Made by a program: the position numbers and the translations under genes. Shown piece after piece: positions 40,410 through 50,250 of a stretch of DNA of 64,000 nucleotides. The notes beneath the pieces were generated by a model. The model was not told the origin of the DNA. It made no database searches and saw only the letters and a list, made by a program, of their open reading frames with translations. This DNA comes from an uncultured Chloroflexia bacterium (GTDB lineage Bacteria > Chloroflexota > Limnocylindria > Limnocylindrales > CSP1-4): assembly GCA_963819655.1 (NCBI GenBank), contig CAWFXA010000002.1, positions 736,001 to 800,000 on the forward strand, read 5' to 3'. How positions within the stretch are numbered: the stretch's first letter is position 1; every line of letters starts with the position of its first letter.

Positions 40410-41146
40410 GGGGCCGTCCCGGCGCCGGCCTGGTTTTCGGTCAGCCACGCTTCGTAGTCGGGCCGGGAGACGGCCACGACCTTGAGCGTCATCGCGGCAT
40501 GACCGACACCGCAGAACTCGGCGCATTGGCCGGCATAGGTCCCGGCTTCCTCGACCGTGAACTCGAATTCGGTCGGACGTCCCGGGGTCGCATCGCGCTT
40601 GAACAGGAACGCCGGGACGTAGAACGAGTGGATGACATCGGGCGAGGTCATGGTCACGTGGACCGACTCGCCGACTGGCACGACCATCTCGGCTGGTGTC
40701 TCCGGCAGCCCGACGATGCTGACGTCGTCGTCGGGATAATCGAACCGCCACTGCCAGCGGAAGGCCGTGATCTCGACATTGATCCCGCCGGGCGTCCGCT
40801 CGTCGATGCGCGCGACCGCACCGACCGTCAGCCAGAACAGGATGAGCACAGTGGCGATCGGGATGGCAGTCCAGGCGATCTCGAAACGGTGATCCCCGGA
40901 GATCTGGGGCGGCGGCTCGTGCGCGGTCGCGCTCCGCCGCCGGTAGCGCACGATCGCAAACGTCGTCAGTCCCCAGACGAGGGCTGCGACGAGGATCGCG
41001 GGCACGAGGAACGCGTTCCACAGGTCGTTGACGACACGCCCCTGCGTCGTGACGGAGACAGGCAGGCAGCCCGCGAGAACGAGCGCGGCAAGGACCAAGA
41101 GGACGGCGACCGGCGGCCAGGACCGGGGACGCTCCCGCTCCCTCAC
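40406..41146 (-). CDS. ctaC: Cytochrome c oxidase subunit II (CuA, lipoprotein)
   Basis: LAGC lipobox, [27 protein letters not shown]. Confidence 0.93.
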   Translation of the reverse strand: MRERERPRSWPPVAVLLVLAALVLAGCLPVSVTTQGRVVNDLWNAFLVPAILVAALVWGLTTFAIVRYRRRSATAHEPPPQISGDHRFEIAWTAIPIATVLILFWLTVGAVARIDERTPGGINVEITAFRWQWRFDYPDDDVSIVGLPETPAEMVVPVGESVHVTMTSPDVIHSFYVPAFLFKRDATPGRPTEFEFTVEEAGTYAGQCAEFCGVGHAAMTLKVVAVSRPDYEAWLTENQAGAGTAP

Positions 41147-42603
41147 TCGACTTCCTCGAAGCCGCCATCCGGCGTCCGGCGAAGGACGGATCCGCCGTCC
41201 GGGCCGAGGGGCCGGCCTGCCCGGCGGCGAGTCTCGATCGCGAGCCGATAGGCGATCAGGGCGACGACGAGCGGGCCGATGAACACGAGGAGCCGCAGGG
41301 CGCTCGTCAGGTCCTCGACTCCGATGTCGAGGAGCGCAGCCAGGAGGTCGTTGGCCCCGGCGAGGGTCAAGACGACGAAGAGCGTCAGGACCGCCGACCC
41401 CACAGCCGATCGAAGCGGCGCCTGCCACGGGACCTGGAGCAGATGGTGATCCCGGTGGTCCCCGCTGATGCGCGATTCGATGAACGGCCACAGCGCAAGG
41501 CCGCCGAAGATGATGGTCGGCACGACGATACCGGGCAGGAAAGGACTCGGGATGGTGACGCCCAGGATCGTCGGCTCCCAGTTCGGGCCCAGACGGAGCA
41601 AGCCCTCGAGCCAGCCGAGATACCAGTCGGGCTGAGCGGGCGACGCGGCGGCGGACGGCACGTACGGTCCATAGACCCAGACCGGGTTGATCTGGAAGAC
41701 CCCGCCCATCAATGCCAGGACCGCGGCGGTCACGAAGAACAGGCCCACCGACCGGAACGCCTGGCCGGGCCACAGGTGACGCCCGACCACGTTGGTCTCG
41801 GTCGCCTGCCCGCTCGGGAACTGCGTGTGCTTCTGGAGGAAGACGATGCCGAGGTGGACGGTGATCGCCCCGATCATCAGGAGGGGCAGCAACATGATGT
41901 GGAAGACGTAGAACCGGCCGATCAGCTCGCTCGGCGGGAACTCGCCGCCGAACAGGAGATACGCGAGCCACGGCCCGACGAACGGGATCGCGAACGCAAC
42001 CGAATAGACGATGCGCAGGCCCGTCCCGGACAGGAGGTCGTCGGGGAGCGAGTACCCCGTCAGCCCGGCGGCGAGGGCCAGCAAAAGAAGGCTGACCCCG
42101 ATGAGCCAGTTGACCTCGCGCGGTCGTCGGAACGCGCCGGTGAAGAACACACGTGAGACGTGGACGACGATCGAGGCCACGAACACCAGTGCGGCCCAGT
42201 GGTGGACCTGCCGCATCAACAGGCCGGCCCGTACGTCGAACGACAGCCGCATCACCGAATCGAAGGCCACCGACACCTCGGTGCCCTGGAGGGGCACGTA
42301 GGGACCGTCGTACGTCACCGTCCCGCTGTCGGCCGCGAAGAAGAAGGTCAGGAAGATCCCGGTCGCGACGAGGATGATGTAGCAGGACAGGGCGACCTCG
42401 CCGAGCAGGAACGACCAGTGGTCCGGGAAGACCTTGCCCAGGAAGACGCGGGCGACCTCGGCGATACCGGTCCGTTCGTCGAGCCAACCAACGAGCCGAT
42501 CCAGCTCCGTCGGGCGCGGCTCGCTCGCGCTGGATTCGCTCGCGCTGGACTCGCTCGCCCGCGGCTCTGGCGGCCGCCGGCGCCGACGGGACGGCAGCCT
42601 CAC
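41143..42603 (-). CDS. qcrB: Cytochrome bc complex cytochrome b
   Basis: [33 protein letters not shown]. Confidence 0.95.
   Translation of the reverse strand: MRLPSRRRRRPPEPRASESSASESSASEPRPTELDRLVGWLDERTGIAEVARVFLGKVFPDHWSFLLGEVALSCYIILVATGIFLTFFFAADSGTVTYDGPYVPLQGTEVSVAFDSVMRLSFDVRAGLLMRQVHHWAALVFVASIVVHVSRVFFTGAFRRPREVNWLIGVSLLLLALAAGLTGYSLPDDLLSGTGLRIVYSVAFAIPFVGPWLAYLLFGGEFPPSELIGRFYVFHIMLLPLLMIGAITVHLGIVFLQKHTQFPSGQATETNVVGRHLWPGQAFRSVGLFFVTAAVLALMGGVFQINPVWVYGPYVPSAAASPAQPDWYLGWLEGLLRLGPNWEPTILGVTIPSPFLPGIVVPTIIFGGLALWPFIESRISGDHRDHHLLQVPWQAPLRSAVGSAVLTLFVVLTLAGANDLLAALLDIGVEDLTSALRLLVFIGPLVVALIAYRLAIETRRRAGRPLGPDGGSVLRRTPDGGFEEVE
42521..42558. repeat. 15-bp tandem repeat x2.5 in the qcrB N-terminus (ASESS repeats)
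   Basis: TCGCTCGCGCTGGAT TCGCTCGCGCTGGAC TCGCTCGC. Confidence 0.7.
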
Positions 42604-43442
42604 GAGGTCATGTTCCAGAACGCCGGGCCGACCGGCTCCGGGAAGTCACCGAGCGCGGTGAACGTGCCGTCCTCCGCCATCGCGATGGGAAGCTGCGGCA
42701 GTGCCCTTCCGGCCGGCCCGAACACCGGGACAGCTCCCTGCAGGACATCGAAGGTCGACTGGTGACACGGACAGATGAGCATGTGGTCCGGCGCCCGGTA
42801 CAGGCCGACCGGGCAACCGGCGTGCGTGCACACCTTCGAGTAGGCGACATACCCGTCGGGGGCGTTCGCGAGGCCGTCCGGGCTGAGCCGAAGAGCCTCC
42901 GGCTCCACGCGGATCAGAAGGGTCTGCGCCTGCGCGGACCCAGCGTCCCCCTCAGGAAAGACGGTCGCCACACTGCCGATCTCGAGATCGGCCGCGCGGA
43001 CCGGAAAGCCGTCGATGTCGACGAGGCGGCGGCCGGGTGCCCAGCTGGTCACAAAGAGCTCGCGACCAGGAGCCGGGCCGAGCGACAGGGCCGGGATCGC
43101 CAGCGCTGCCGCCAACCCACCAAGCGCCCCTAGCAGCATGCGGACGAGCAAGGTCCGGCGGGTGAAGCCGGCCTCCTCGTCGAGGATCTCGCTGACCGCA
43201 GGGCCGGGTGTCTGCGAGCCGAGCGGATGACGCTCCTCGACTGAGATCGGCGTCTGCATGAGTTCCTGGGCCCACACGACGATGCCGAAGCCAAGTGCGC
43301 CGAGACAGATGGCCAGCAGGACGCCTTCGACCTGCGTCTGGCCACCGAGGCCATAGACCGCGAGAAGGGCGAGTCCCGTCAGCATCGTCACGGCGAACGC
43401 CGCCGCGACCACGCGCTCCATCCATCGCTCGCGTTGCGTCAT
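42600..43442 (-). CDS. qcrA: Rieske Fe-S subunit with 3 TM and internal Tat motif
   Basis: TRRTLL, CTHAGC, CPCHQSTFD. Confidence 0.93.
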   Translation of the reverse strand: MTQRERWMERVVAAAFAVTMLTGLALLAVYGLGGQTQVEGVLLAICLGALGFGIVVWAQELMQTPISVEERHPLGSQTPGPAVSEILDEEAGFTRRTLLVRMLLGALGGLAAALAIPALSLGPAPGRELFVTSWAPGRRLVDIDGFPVRAADLEIGSVATVFPEGDAGSAQAQTLLIRVEPEALRLSPDGLANAPDGYVAYSKVCTHAGCPVGLYRAPDHMLICPCHQSTFDVLQGAVPVFGPAGRALPQLPIAMAEDGTFTALGDFPEPVGPAFWNMTS

Positions 43443-44209
43443 CGGCCGCCCAGCCGCTCGATCCGGCGAACGGCCAGGAGCAGAAGACCCATGCCGACGA
43501 TCCATGCAACGTAGCCCTCGACGACCGGCCCGGCGCCGCCGACCGTCAGCCCACCGGGTGCGGCGTCCTCCTCGAGGTAGATCAGGTACGCCGCGATCGC
43601 ACCAAGGTCTGCGTCGCTGATCTGGCCGGACCCGAACACCGGCATGGCCCCCGGGCCGGTCCTGATCGCCTCACCGACCGTGACTGGATCGACGCCCAGC
43701 AACGGCGGGGCCACGAACCCGCCGCCGACCGCATCCCCGCCAGCTCCGGGGCCGTGGCACGCAGCGCAGCTGTCGATGAAGAGCTGGCGGCCCTTGGACA
43801 GATCGGCCCCGGCGACCTGGACTGCCGGGATCGGCGGGCCATCGCCCAGGGAGGCGACGTAGTCGACGAGCGCCCTGATCTGTTTGTCCGAGAACAACGG
43901 ATCGCGACGGACCATCGGGGCATCGGGCGCCGGCAGGGGCATGCGACCCGTCCGCAGCATGAAGTCCGCAGACGCGGCGCCGGCGCCGACAAGCGACGGC
44001 CCATCCGCCGAGCCGACGCCGCCGGGGCCATGGCACGCTGCGCAGCTCTCCAGGTAGAGCGAGAGCCCCTCGCCACCGGAGACCTGAGCCGCCGGAGGGC
44101 CAGCCGCGGAGGCAGGACGAACCGGGGTGACCGCTCCGATCAGGAGGCACCCCAACACGATCGCGATGAACGCGACCAAGCCCCCTACGGCGCGACGATC
44201 GTCTTGCAC
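43439..44209 (-). CDS. qcrC: Di-heme cytochrome c
   Basis: Two CAACH motifs, TGRMP, GPGAMP, GPVVEG C-terminal TM. Confidence 0.92.
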   Translation of the reverse strand: MQDDRRAVGGLVAFIAIVLGCLLIGAVTPVRPASAAGPPAAQVSGGEGLSLYLESCAACHGPGGVGSADGPSLVGAGAASADFMLRTGRMPLPAPDAPMVRRDPLFSDKQIRALVDYVASLGDGPPIPAVQVAGADLSKGRQLFIDSCAACHGPGAGGDAVGGGFVAPPLLGVDPVTVGEAIRTGPGAMPVFGSGQISDADLGAIAAYLIYLEEDAAPGGLTVGGAGPVVEGYVAWIVGMGLLLLAVRRIERLGGR

Positions 44210-44481
44210 CTCCAGGCTCCTCCGCGGGATCCAGGGCCTCTCAGCAGCGACGCTCGTGTCTCCGGCCATTCTACGGACCGGATACCAGCCACGGACCGCG
44301 AGTCCTGGGATGCGGCATCCGAACCGGAGGCGCGGGCGTCCAGACGGCCGTGACATCCATCACGGCGGACGTGTGGTTGACGTCACCCGCCCTTCAGGAC
44401 CGTCGTGACTTCTGCGTTTTCGCCGCGCTCCATACCGTCGAGGTCGACAGCAACGACCCTGAGCGCAGGAGGAACGCAGCG

Positions 44482-44832
44482 ATGATCGTGAGAACCGCAA
44501 CGTCGACGTTGATGGTCCTGGCGCTCGTCGCCAGCCTGGTGTCCGCATGCGGGACCGGCTCCGCAGGCCTCGGCTCGGCGAACGCAGGCTCGACGTGCGA
44601 CGAGGCGTTCGCCCAGGCGATGGCGATCGATCCGGGGTCCGACACCGTCCAGCAGGTCGATGGCACATTCGCTGGATGCGCCTCCCTCGAATCCTGGGTC
44701 GCTGCCGCGCAGAGATTCCCGGATGCGTTCGGCGGGCAGGACCCGGCGACGATCGCTGCGGAGCGATGTGCGGCATCGCCCGAACTTGCCAATACCCCGG
44801 TGTGCGTGGAGGTCAGCGCCTCTTCATCGTGA
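44482..44832 (+). CDS. Small Cys-rich lipoprotein
   Basis: AGGAGG RBS, LVSAC lipobox, four further Cys. Confidence 0.65.
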   Translation: MIVRTATSTLMVLALVASLVSACGTGSAGLGSANAGSTCDEAFAQAMAIDPGSDTVQQVDGTFAGCASLESWVAAAQRFPDAFGGQDPATIAAERCAASPELANTPVCVEVSASSS

Positions 44833-44869
44833 GCGCCTCGTGAGCGCTTCCTGAGCTGCCCCCAGGAGT

Positions 44870-45259
44870 TCAGCCGGTCGCGAGCAGCCGCCAGGCCAGG
44901 CCAAACAGGACGATCCCGCCGCCGGCCGTCCAGACGTCCCGTCGCAGACGAGAGCCACCTCCCCCGGCCGGGCGTGCTCCGAGCCAGATCGCGACCGGCA
45001 GGCATGCCAGGGCGGCCGGTCCGTAGACGAGATGGAGCGGATCCACGGGGCGCGATCCATTGATCAGCAGCGCGATCCCGACCAGTCCGGCGGCCGCGAC
45101 GAGAACGAGGACGGCCAGCACAACCCGGTCGGCTGCGAAGCGGTGGTCCGAGCGGCCGCCCGAGCGCCTTCCGGCGATCGCCGACCAGATCGCCACGCCC
45201 ACGATCGCCGCTGACCCGGACATGGACGCCCACCCAAGGAGCTCGTGCACGCCCGTCAC
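44870..45259 (-). CDS. 4-TM hypothetical membrane protein
   Basis: RPVDPLHLVYG...RLLATG; TACCGT -10 seven nt before GTG. Confidence 0.7.
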   Translation of the reverse strand: MTGVHELLGWASMSGSAAIVGVAIWSAIAGRRSGGRSDHRFAADRVVLAVLVLVAAAGLVGIALLINGSRPVDPLHLVYGPAALACLPVAIWLGARPAGGGGSRLRRDVWTAGGGIVLFGLAWRLLATG

Positions 45260-45407
45260 CCGACGCACGGTAGCGCACCCATGACGTGCGTCACGGCCAT
45301 TCGGGGATGGACCTCACGCCTGGATCAGGACGAGCGCGACTTATCGGGCGCACGTGCCCCGGGGATAGTGCTTTCAGAACATCCCACAGCCACGAAGGAA
45401 TCTCGCC

Positions 45408-46235
45408 ATGACTCATGCAGCTCTTCCGAAGCAGCCTGGTCCATCGATCCTGTCCGGGACTCGAGCGGGCATCGTCGGCACGCTCGTCCTCGCGACGGCC
45501 GTCGTTGTCGCCGCATGCGGCGGCGGCACGACGCCCTCAACGTCGGCAGCGCCATCGCCGGCGGCGTCGCCCGCCATCGCCGGTGCGCTGCAGAACGACT
45601 TCGTCGGCGTCGTCAACAGCGTGAGCCCGTCGGTGGTCGTCATCGAGACCAAGGCCGGCCTCGGCTCCGGCGTCGTGTTCGACGCGAAGGGCGACATCCT
45701 CACCAATAACCATGTCGTGACGGGCAGCAAGACGTTCACCGTGACCCTCGCCGATGGTCGCAAGCTCGACGGAACCCTGGTCGGCACGTATCCGGCCGGT
45801 GACCTCGCCGTCATCCACGTGTCAGCCACGGATCTGCAGCCCGCGACGTTCGGCGACTCGTCGGAGCTCGTCGTCGGCGACATCGTCCTCGCCGTCGGCA
45901 ACCCGCTCGGACTGCAGACAAGCGTGACCGAGGGGATCGTCAGCGCGATCGGGCGCGATGTGTCCGAGTCCAGCTCCGTGACGCTGTCCGGGGTCATCCA
46001 GACGAGTGCCGACATCAACCCGGGCAACAGCGGCGGCGCGCTCGTCGACCTGTCCGGCAACGTCGTCGGGATCCCCACCCTGGCCGCACTCGACCCGGAG
46101 TTCAACGACACGCCGGCGTCCGGGATCGGCTTCGCCATCCCGAGCAACGCCGCGGTCGATGTCGCGGGGCAGCTGATCGCGAACGGTCGCGTCACGACCC
46201 CGCCATCGTCGAGCGCAGCGCCGTCGGCATCCTGA
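45408..46235 (+). CDS. S1C (HtrA-like) serine protease lipoprotein, no PDZ
   Basis: VAAC lipobox, TNNHV, DLAV, INPGNSGG. Confidence 0.9.
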   Translation: MTHAALPKQPGPSILSGTRAGIVGTLVLATAVVVAACGGGTTPSTSAAPSPAASPAIAGALQNDFVGVVNSVSPSVVVIETKAGLGSGVVFDAKGDILTNNHVVTGSKTFTVTLADGRKLDGTLVGTYPAGDLAVIHVSATDLQPATFGDSSELVVGDIVLAVGNPLGLQTSVTEGIVSAIGRDVSESSSVTLSGVIQTSADINPGNSGGALVDLSGNVVGIPTLAALDPEFNDTPASGIGFAIPSNAAVDVAGQLIANGRVTTPPSSSAAPSAS

Positions 46236-46252
46236 CAGGAGGAACGGATCTG

Positions 46253-47236
46253 ATGCAGTACACAGGACTCGGCGCGCGCGGACCGCGCGTCTCGCGGATC
46301 GCATTCGGCAACTGGTCGGCGGGCGGCGACTGGGGCCACGTCGACCGTGACGCGGCCATCGCTGCGGCCCGCGAGGCGCTCGACCTCGGGATCACCCTCT
46401 TCGACACTGCCCATGCCTACGGGTTCGGTGCCGCCGAAAGCGTCCTCGGCGAGGCTCTCAAGCCCGAGATCCAGGCGGCCCGCGACTCGATCGTCATCGC
46501 CACGAAGGGCGGGCTCCGCAACGACGACGGCCTGACGGTCCGGGACGCCAGCCCGGCCGCTCTCCGTCGTGACCTTGAAGCGAGCCTCGCGTCGCTCGGC
46601 ACCGACTACGTGGACATCTACCAGGTCCACTGGCCGGATCCGGCAACGCCGCTCACCACGACAGCCGAGACGCTCGACAGGTTCGTCCGTGAAGGCCTCG
46701 TCCGCTCCGTCGGCGTGTCGAACTACGACACGCAGCAGATGGCCACATTCCAGAGCGTTCGACCCATCGACACCTTGCAGCCGCCGTACCACATGTTCCG
46801 CCGCGACATCGAGGGGACCATCCTCCCGTTCGCCCAGGAACACGGCATCGGCGTCCTGACCTATGGGCCGCTCGGCCACGGACTGCTCAGCGGCAGCATG
46901 ACCGAAGACACGACGTTCGCAGCCGACGACTGGCGCTCGAAGAGCGACCTGTTCGTCGGCGAGGGGTTCCGGCGGAATCTCGCGATCGTCCGCGACCTCG
47001 CCCGATTCGCGGCGAGCCGCGATGCAACGGTCGCGCAGCTCGCGATCGCCTGGACGCTGGCAAACCCGGCTGTCGATGTCGCGATCGTCGGGGCCCGCAA
47101 CGCCGAGCAGATCCGTCAGACCACCCCGGCCGCCGACGTCCGGCTCTCGACCGAGGACATGGCGCAGATCGATCGGATGCTACGCGGCGAGGTCGCGGTC
47201 GGCGGACCGGCACCCGAAGCGATGCCAAGGAGCTAG
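46253..47236 (+). CDS. Aldo/keto reductase
   Basis: FDTAHAYG, ATKGG, DIYQVHWPD, GVSN. Confidence 0.94.
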   Translation: MQYTGLGARGPRVSRIAFGNWSAGGDWGHVDRDAAIAAAREALDLGITLFDTAHAYGFGAAESVLGEALKPEIQAARDSIVIATKGGLRNDDGLTVRDASPAALRRDLEASLASLGTDYVDIYQVHWPDPATPLTTTAETLDRFVREGLVRSVGVSNYDTQQMATFQSVRPIDTLQPPYHMFRRDIEGTILPFAQEHGIGVLTYGPLGHGLLSGSMTEDTTFAADDWRSKSDLFVGEGFRRNLAIVRDLARFAASRDATVAQLAIAWTLANPAVDVAIVGARNAEQIRQTTPAADVRLSTEDMAQIDRMLRGEVAVGGPAPEAMPRS

Positions 47237-47240
47237 TTCG

Positions 47241-48143
47241 ATGACTGACAAGACCCCGTCCCCACCCAGGATCGCGATCCTGGGCACGGGCAAGATGGGT
47301 TCCACGCTCGCCGCGCGCCTGGTCGAGGTCGGCCACGACGTCGTGCTGTGGAACCGGACCCGGTCGAAGGCCGAGGCGCTCGGTCTCGGCACGGTCGCCG
47401 ATACGCCCGCGGCGGCCGTGCGGGACGCCGAGATCGTCGTCAGCAGCCTGACCGGCCCCGAAGCCGTGTTGGCTACCTACCTCGGGCAGGCCGGTGCGTT
47501 GACCGCCGGCACAGGCAAGCTCTTCGTGGAGATGAGCACAGCCGGACCGGACCGGGAGTCGGCCCTCGCGGCGCATGTCAGTGCGGCGGGCGGCAAGCTG
47601 GTCGACGCGCCCATCGTGGGAGCGCCACCGTTCGTCCGAGCCGGCGAGGCAGCGATCCTCATCGGCGGGGCCGATGCCGATGTCGCTGTTGCCACGCAGA
47701 TCCTTGGCGCGTTCGGGACCGTCCGCCACGTCGGACCGCTCGGCAGCGGGGCGCGGCTCAAGCTCGTCGCCAACAGCATGCTCGCGGACGTCATCCTGGC
47801 GGCCGCAGAGCTCCAGGTGGCCGGCGAAAGCACAGGCCTCACCCCGGACGACGTGTTCTGGGTGCTGGAGCGGGTCGCGCCTTCCCTCGAAGCACGACGA
47901 GCCGGCCTGATCGACGATCGCCACACGCCCGCCCTGTTCGCCTTGCGCGACCTGCGGAAGGATGTCGACCTGGCCATCGCGCTCTTCGGCAAGTCGGCAG
48001 CCCGGACGCCGCTCACCGACGTCGCCAGCGGACTCGTCAGGGCGGCTGCCGAGAGGACCCCCGACTTCGACATCAGTGCCGTCGAGCGGCCGTACCGCCA
48101 CCCCGGCCGGTCATCCACCATCGCCCCCGGCACTGCGACCTGA
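47241..48143 (+). CDS. NAD(P)-dependent beta-hydroxyacid dehydrogenase family
   Basis: GTGKMG, WNRT, EMST, DAPIVG, KLVAN, KDVDLA. Confidence 0.9.
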   Translation: MTDKTPSPPRIAILGTGKMGSTLAARLVEVGHDVVLWNRTRSKAEALGLGTVADTPAAAVRDAEIVVSSLTGPEAVLATYLGQAGALTAGTGKLFVEMSTAGPDRESALAAHVSAAGGKLVDAPIVGAPPFVRAGEAAILIGGADADVAVATQILGAFGTVRHVGPLGSGARLKLVANSMLADVILAAAELQVAGESTGLTPDDVFWVLERVAPSLEARRAGLIDDRHTPALFALRDLRKDVDLAIALFGKSAARTPLTDVASGLVRAAAERTPDFDISAVERPYRHPGRSSTIAPGTAT

Positions 48144-48185
48144 TGACCGCAACGGGACGCTGACGAAGCGGAGACATGTCCGTCA

Positions 48186-48635
48186 TCAGGAGCGGGCCGT
48201 CCCCTTCTCCAGGACCTCTATCTTGTCGAGCAGCGCGTTGATGGCTTCGTCCTGCGCCTTGAGATGGGCCTGGATCTGGCCGGTCTCGTGGAACGTTGCC
48301 GAGGCGTCCTGGTAAGTCATCGCGGCTCGCTTGTCGGAGGCGCGCCCGAGGATGTTCTGGCCGACCATGATGACCGACAGCATCACGAGCTGGATGAACG
48401 TCTGGCTCAGCCATTGGACAAACGCCAGGAGACCGCCGCCGATCGCCTGCGGCAGGACGACGAGGGCGAGGCCAGCGAAGGCATAGGCGCACCACATCGT
48501 GCCGACCACGGTGGTGAGGACCAACGCGATCCTGCCATTGACACCGAGGTGCTCGTCCCTCCTCGTGGGTGGCCCGACCTTCTTGCGCTCCGCGATCCGA
48601 GGGTGCGGCTGTGGTTCAAAACTAACGCCTGGCAT
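48186..48635 (-). CDS. DUF1003-like membrane protein
   Basis: VGTMWCAYAF, WLSQTFIQLVMLSVIMVGQN. Confidence 0.7.
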   Translation of the reverse strand: MPGVSFEPQPHPRIAERKKVGPPTRRDEHLGVNGRIALVLTTVVGTMWCAYAFAGLALVVLPQAIGGGLLAFVQWLSQTFIQLVMLSVIMVGQNILGRASDKRAAMTYQDASATFHETGQIQAHLKAQDEAINALLDKIEVLEKGTARS

Positions 48636-48716
48636 GCTGGCCTCCGAGCTGCAAGTCCGATCGACCTCGACGCCATCATCGCCGAGGCCGGTTGCAGGCG
48701 AGCCCAGAAATGCCCG

Positions 48717-49391
48717 TCAGGCGGCGTTCCGTGCCCGCTCGAGAGCGTCGAGCAGCAGGTCCAGACCGAATTCGAACTCCTGCGCGTAGTCGAAGCCGGA
48801 CTTCAGGACGTGATCCGCGATCGCCTCGTGGAGATACGGATAGTCCGCCGCGGGGACCGCCGTGAGGATGGTCTCCGCTATGCCCGCGAGCTCTTTCGGG
48901 GAACCGGACGGCAGGTTCTGCTCCTGGACCGCGAACCCGTAGATGTAGCTGTCGACTGCGAAGAAAGCATGGAGCGCCATCTCGACCGAGAAACCTCCCT
49001 GCCGAAGGTTCCCGACCACGGCCTCCGGGTAGCCCAGTCTCGCCGGACTGGAGTTGGTGCGCGACTCCATCAGACCGCCTGCCCACGGGTGGCGCGCCAG
49101 CATCTGGCGGGCCGAGATCGCCCGCCGACGCATGGCCGCCTTCCAATCGTCCCCGCGAGCAGGCACCTCGATCTCGCCGATGACGATGTCGGCGAGGCCG
49201 TCGAAGAGGTCCTCCTTGCTGGCGACGTGGTTGTACAGCGACATCGCCTCGACCCCGAGCTCGCGGCCGAGTTTGCGCATGCTCAGCGACTCGATCCCGC
49301 CCTGGTCGGCGAGGTCCGCCGCGGTACGCAAGATCCGGTCTCGGGTCAGCGGGATCGGTGGTCCGGTCTTCCTCGTTCCCTTGGTGGACAT
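48717..49391 (-). CDS. TetR-family regulator with TetR_C domain
   Basis: LTRDRIL...LSMRKLGRELGVEAMSLYNHVASKE, FEFGLDLLL. Confidence 0.93.
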   Translation of the reverse strand: MSTKGTRKTGPPIPLTRDRILRTAADLADQGGIESLSMRKLGRELGVEAMSLYNHVASKEDLFDGLADIVIGEIEVPARGDDWKAAMRRRAISARQMLARHPWAGGLMESRTNSSPARLGYPEAVVGNLRQGGFSVEMALHAFFAVDSYIYGFAVQEQNLPSGSPKELAGIAETILTAVPAADYPYLHEAIADHVLKSGFDYAQEFEFGLDLLLDALERARNAA

Positions 49392-49416
49392 CTCGTCTCC
49401 TGCCGCCGGCACTTCT

Positions 49417-49493
49417 GACTCACAGTGTAAGTCCAGCCTTGACAGACTTACGGTGTACGTCCAGTATACGCCATGGACTTACGCCGTAAGTCC
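49417..49493. promoter_or_regulatory. Three GACTTAC-N3-GTAAGTC operators with TTGACA -35
   Basis: 49417-49433, 49445-49461, 49475-49493 (perfect). Confidence 0.85.
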
Positions 49494-49548
49494 GGACGGA
49501 CGAAGGGGACCCCACCGTCCGCGGAAACCGCGTTTCGGGAGTCGCACG

Positions 49549-50241
49549 ATGGCTGATGTGATGGATCGCGCCGACCAGGGTGTCCTGCGCTGGGGCGGTC
49601 TGGCTGGCGTCCTGGGTGGCCTGCTCTTCGTACTCGTCTTCGTGATCGTGGGCGTCTTCGTCGGCGCGGACGCCGCCGAACCGGCGGGGGCCATCATGCG
49701 GTCCCCAGACATCAGGTCGGCGCGCACGGTCGAGAATGGGCTCTACCTGATCGTGCTCATTCTGTGGTGCGCCCATGTCGTCGCGCTGGGTCGCGCGCTC
49801 GCCGATTCGCGCCGCGCACCCGCACTGTTCGGGAGTGTCCTGGGGATCGTCGGCCTCACCGTGCTGGCTGCAGGGGCCCTGCCGCACGCCGTCAGCGTCC
49901 CGCTCTCGGACCTCTACCATGCCCCCGGTGCCACGGCCGCCGATCAAGCGACGCTCGAGATGGTCTGGCAGGGGACCCAGGCGATGTTCGATGCGCTGCT
50001 GGTCACGGGGCTCGTCATCCTGCCCGTCAGCGTGCTCGCGTTCGGCGTCGCGATGCTCGAGGCCCCGGGCTTCGGACGGCGTACCGGCTCGGTGAGCCTC
50101 GTTCTCGGCGTCATCGCGGCAGTCGCGGCGATCGTCCTCCTGATCGACCCGCTGTCGTTCATCGCCGTGGTCGGCATCTTCGCCTTGATCGTCTTCCACC
50201 TCGTCGCGGGAAGCCGGGTCTACCGTCTGGCGAGGGCGTGA
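49549..50241 (+). CDS. DUF4386-like membrane protein
   Basis: About 6 TM, divergent from TetR. Confidence 0.75.
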   Translation: MADVMDRADQGVLRWGGLAGVLGGLLFVLVFVIVGVFVGADAAEPAGAIMRSPDIRSARTVENGLYLIVLILWCAHVVALGRALADSRRAPALFGSVLGIVGLTVLAAGALPHAVSVPLSDLYHAPGATAADQATLEMVWQGTQAMFDALLVTGLVILPVSVLAFGVAMLEAPGFGRRTGSVSLVLGVIAAVAAIVLLIDPLSFIAVVGIFALIVFHLVAGSRVYRLARA

Positions 50242-50250
50242 CTCCGGCGG

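Noticed and set aside
38745-42487. Apparent 807-aa CoxI and 693-aa CoxII fusions in the ORF track
   Set aside because: N-terminal extensions overlap upstream genes in other frames; real starts are the coupled GTGs at 40409 and 41146
42521-42558. 15-bp tandem repeat as a phase-variation switch
   Set aside because: Unit is a multiple of three in a disordered N-terminus; no frame effect
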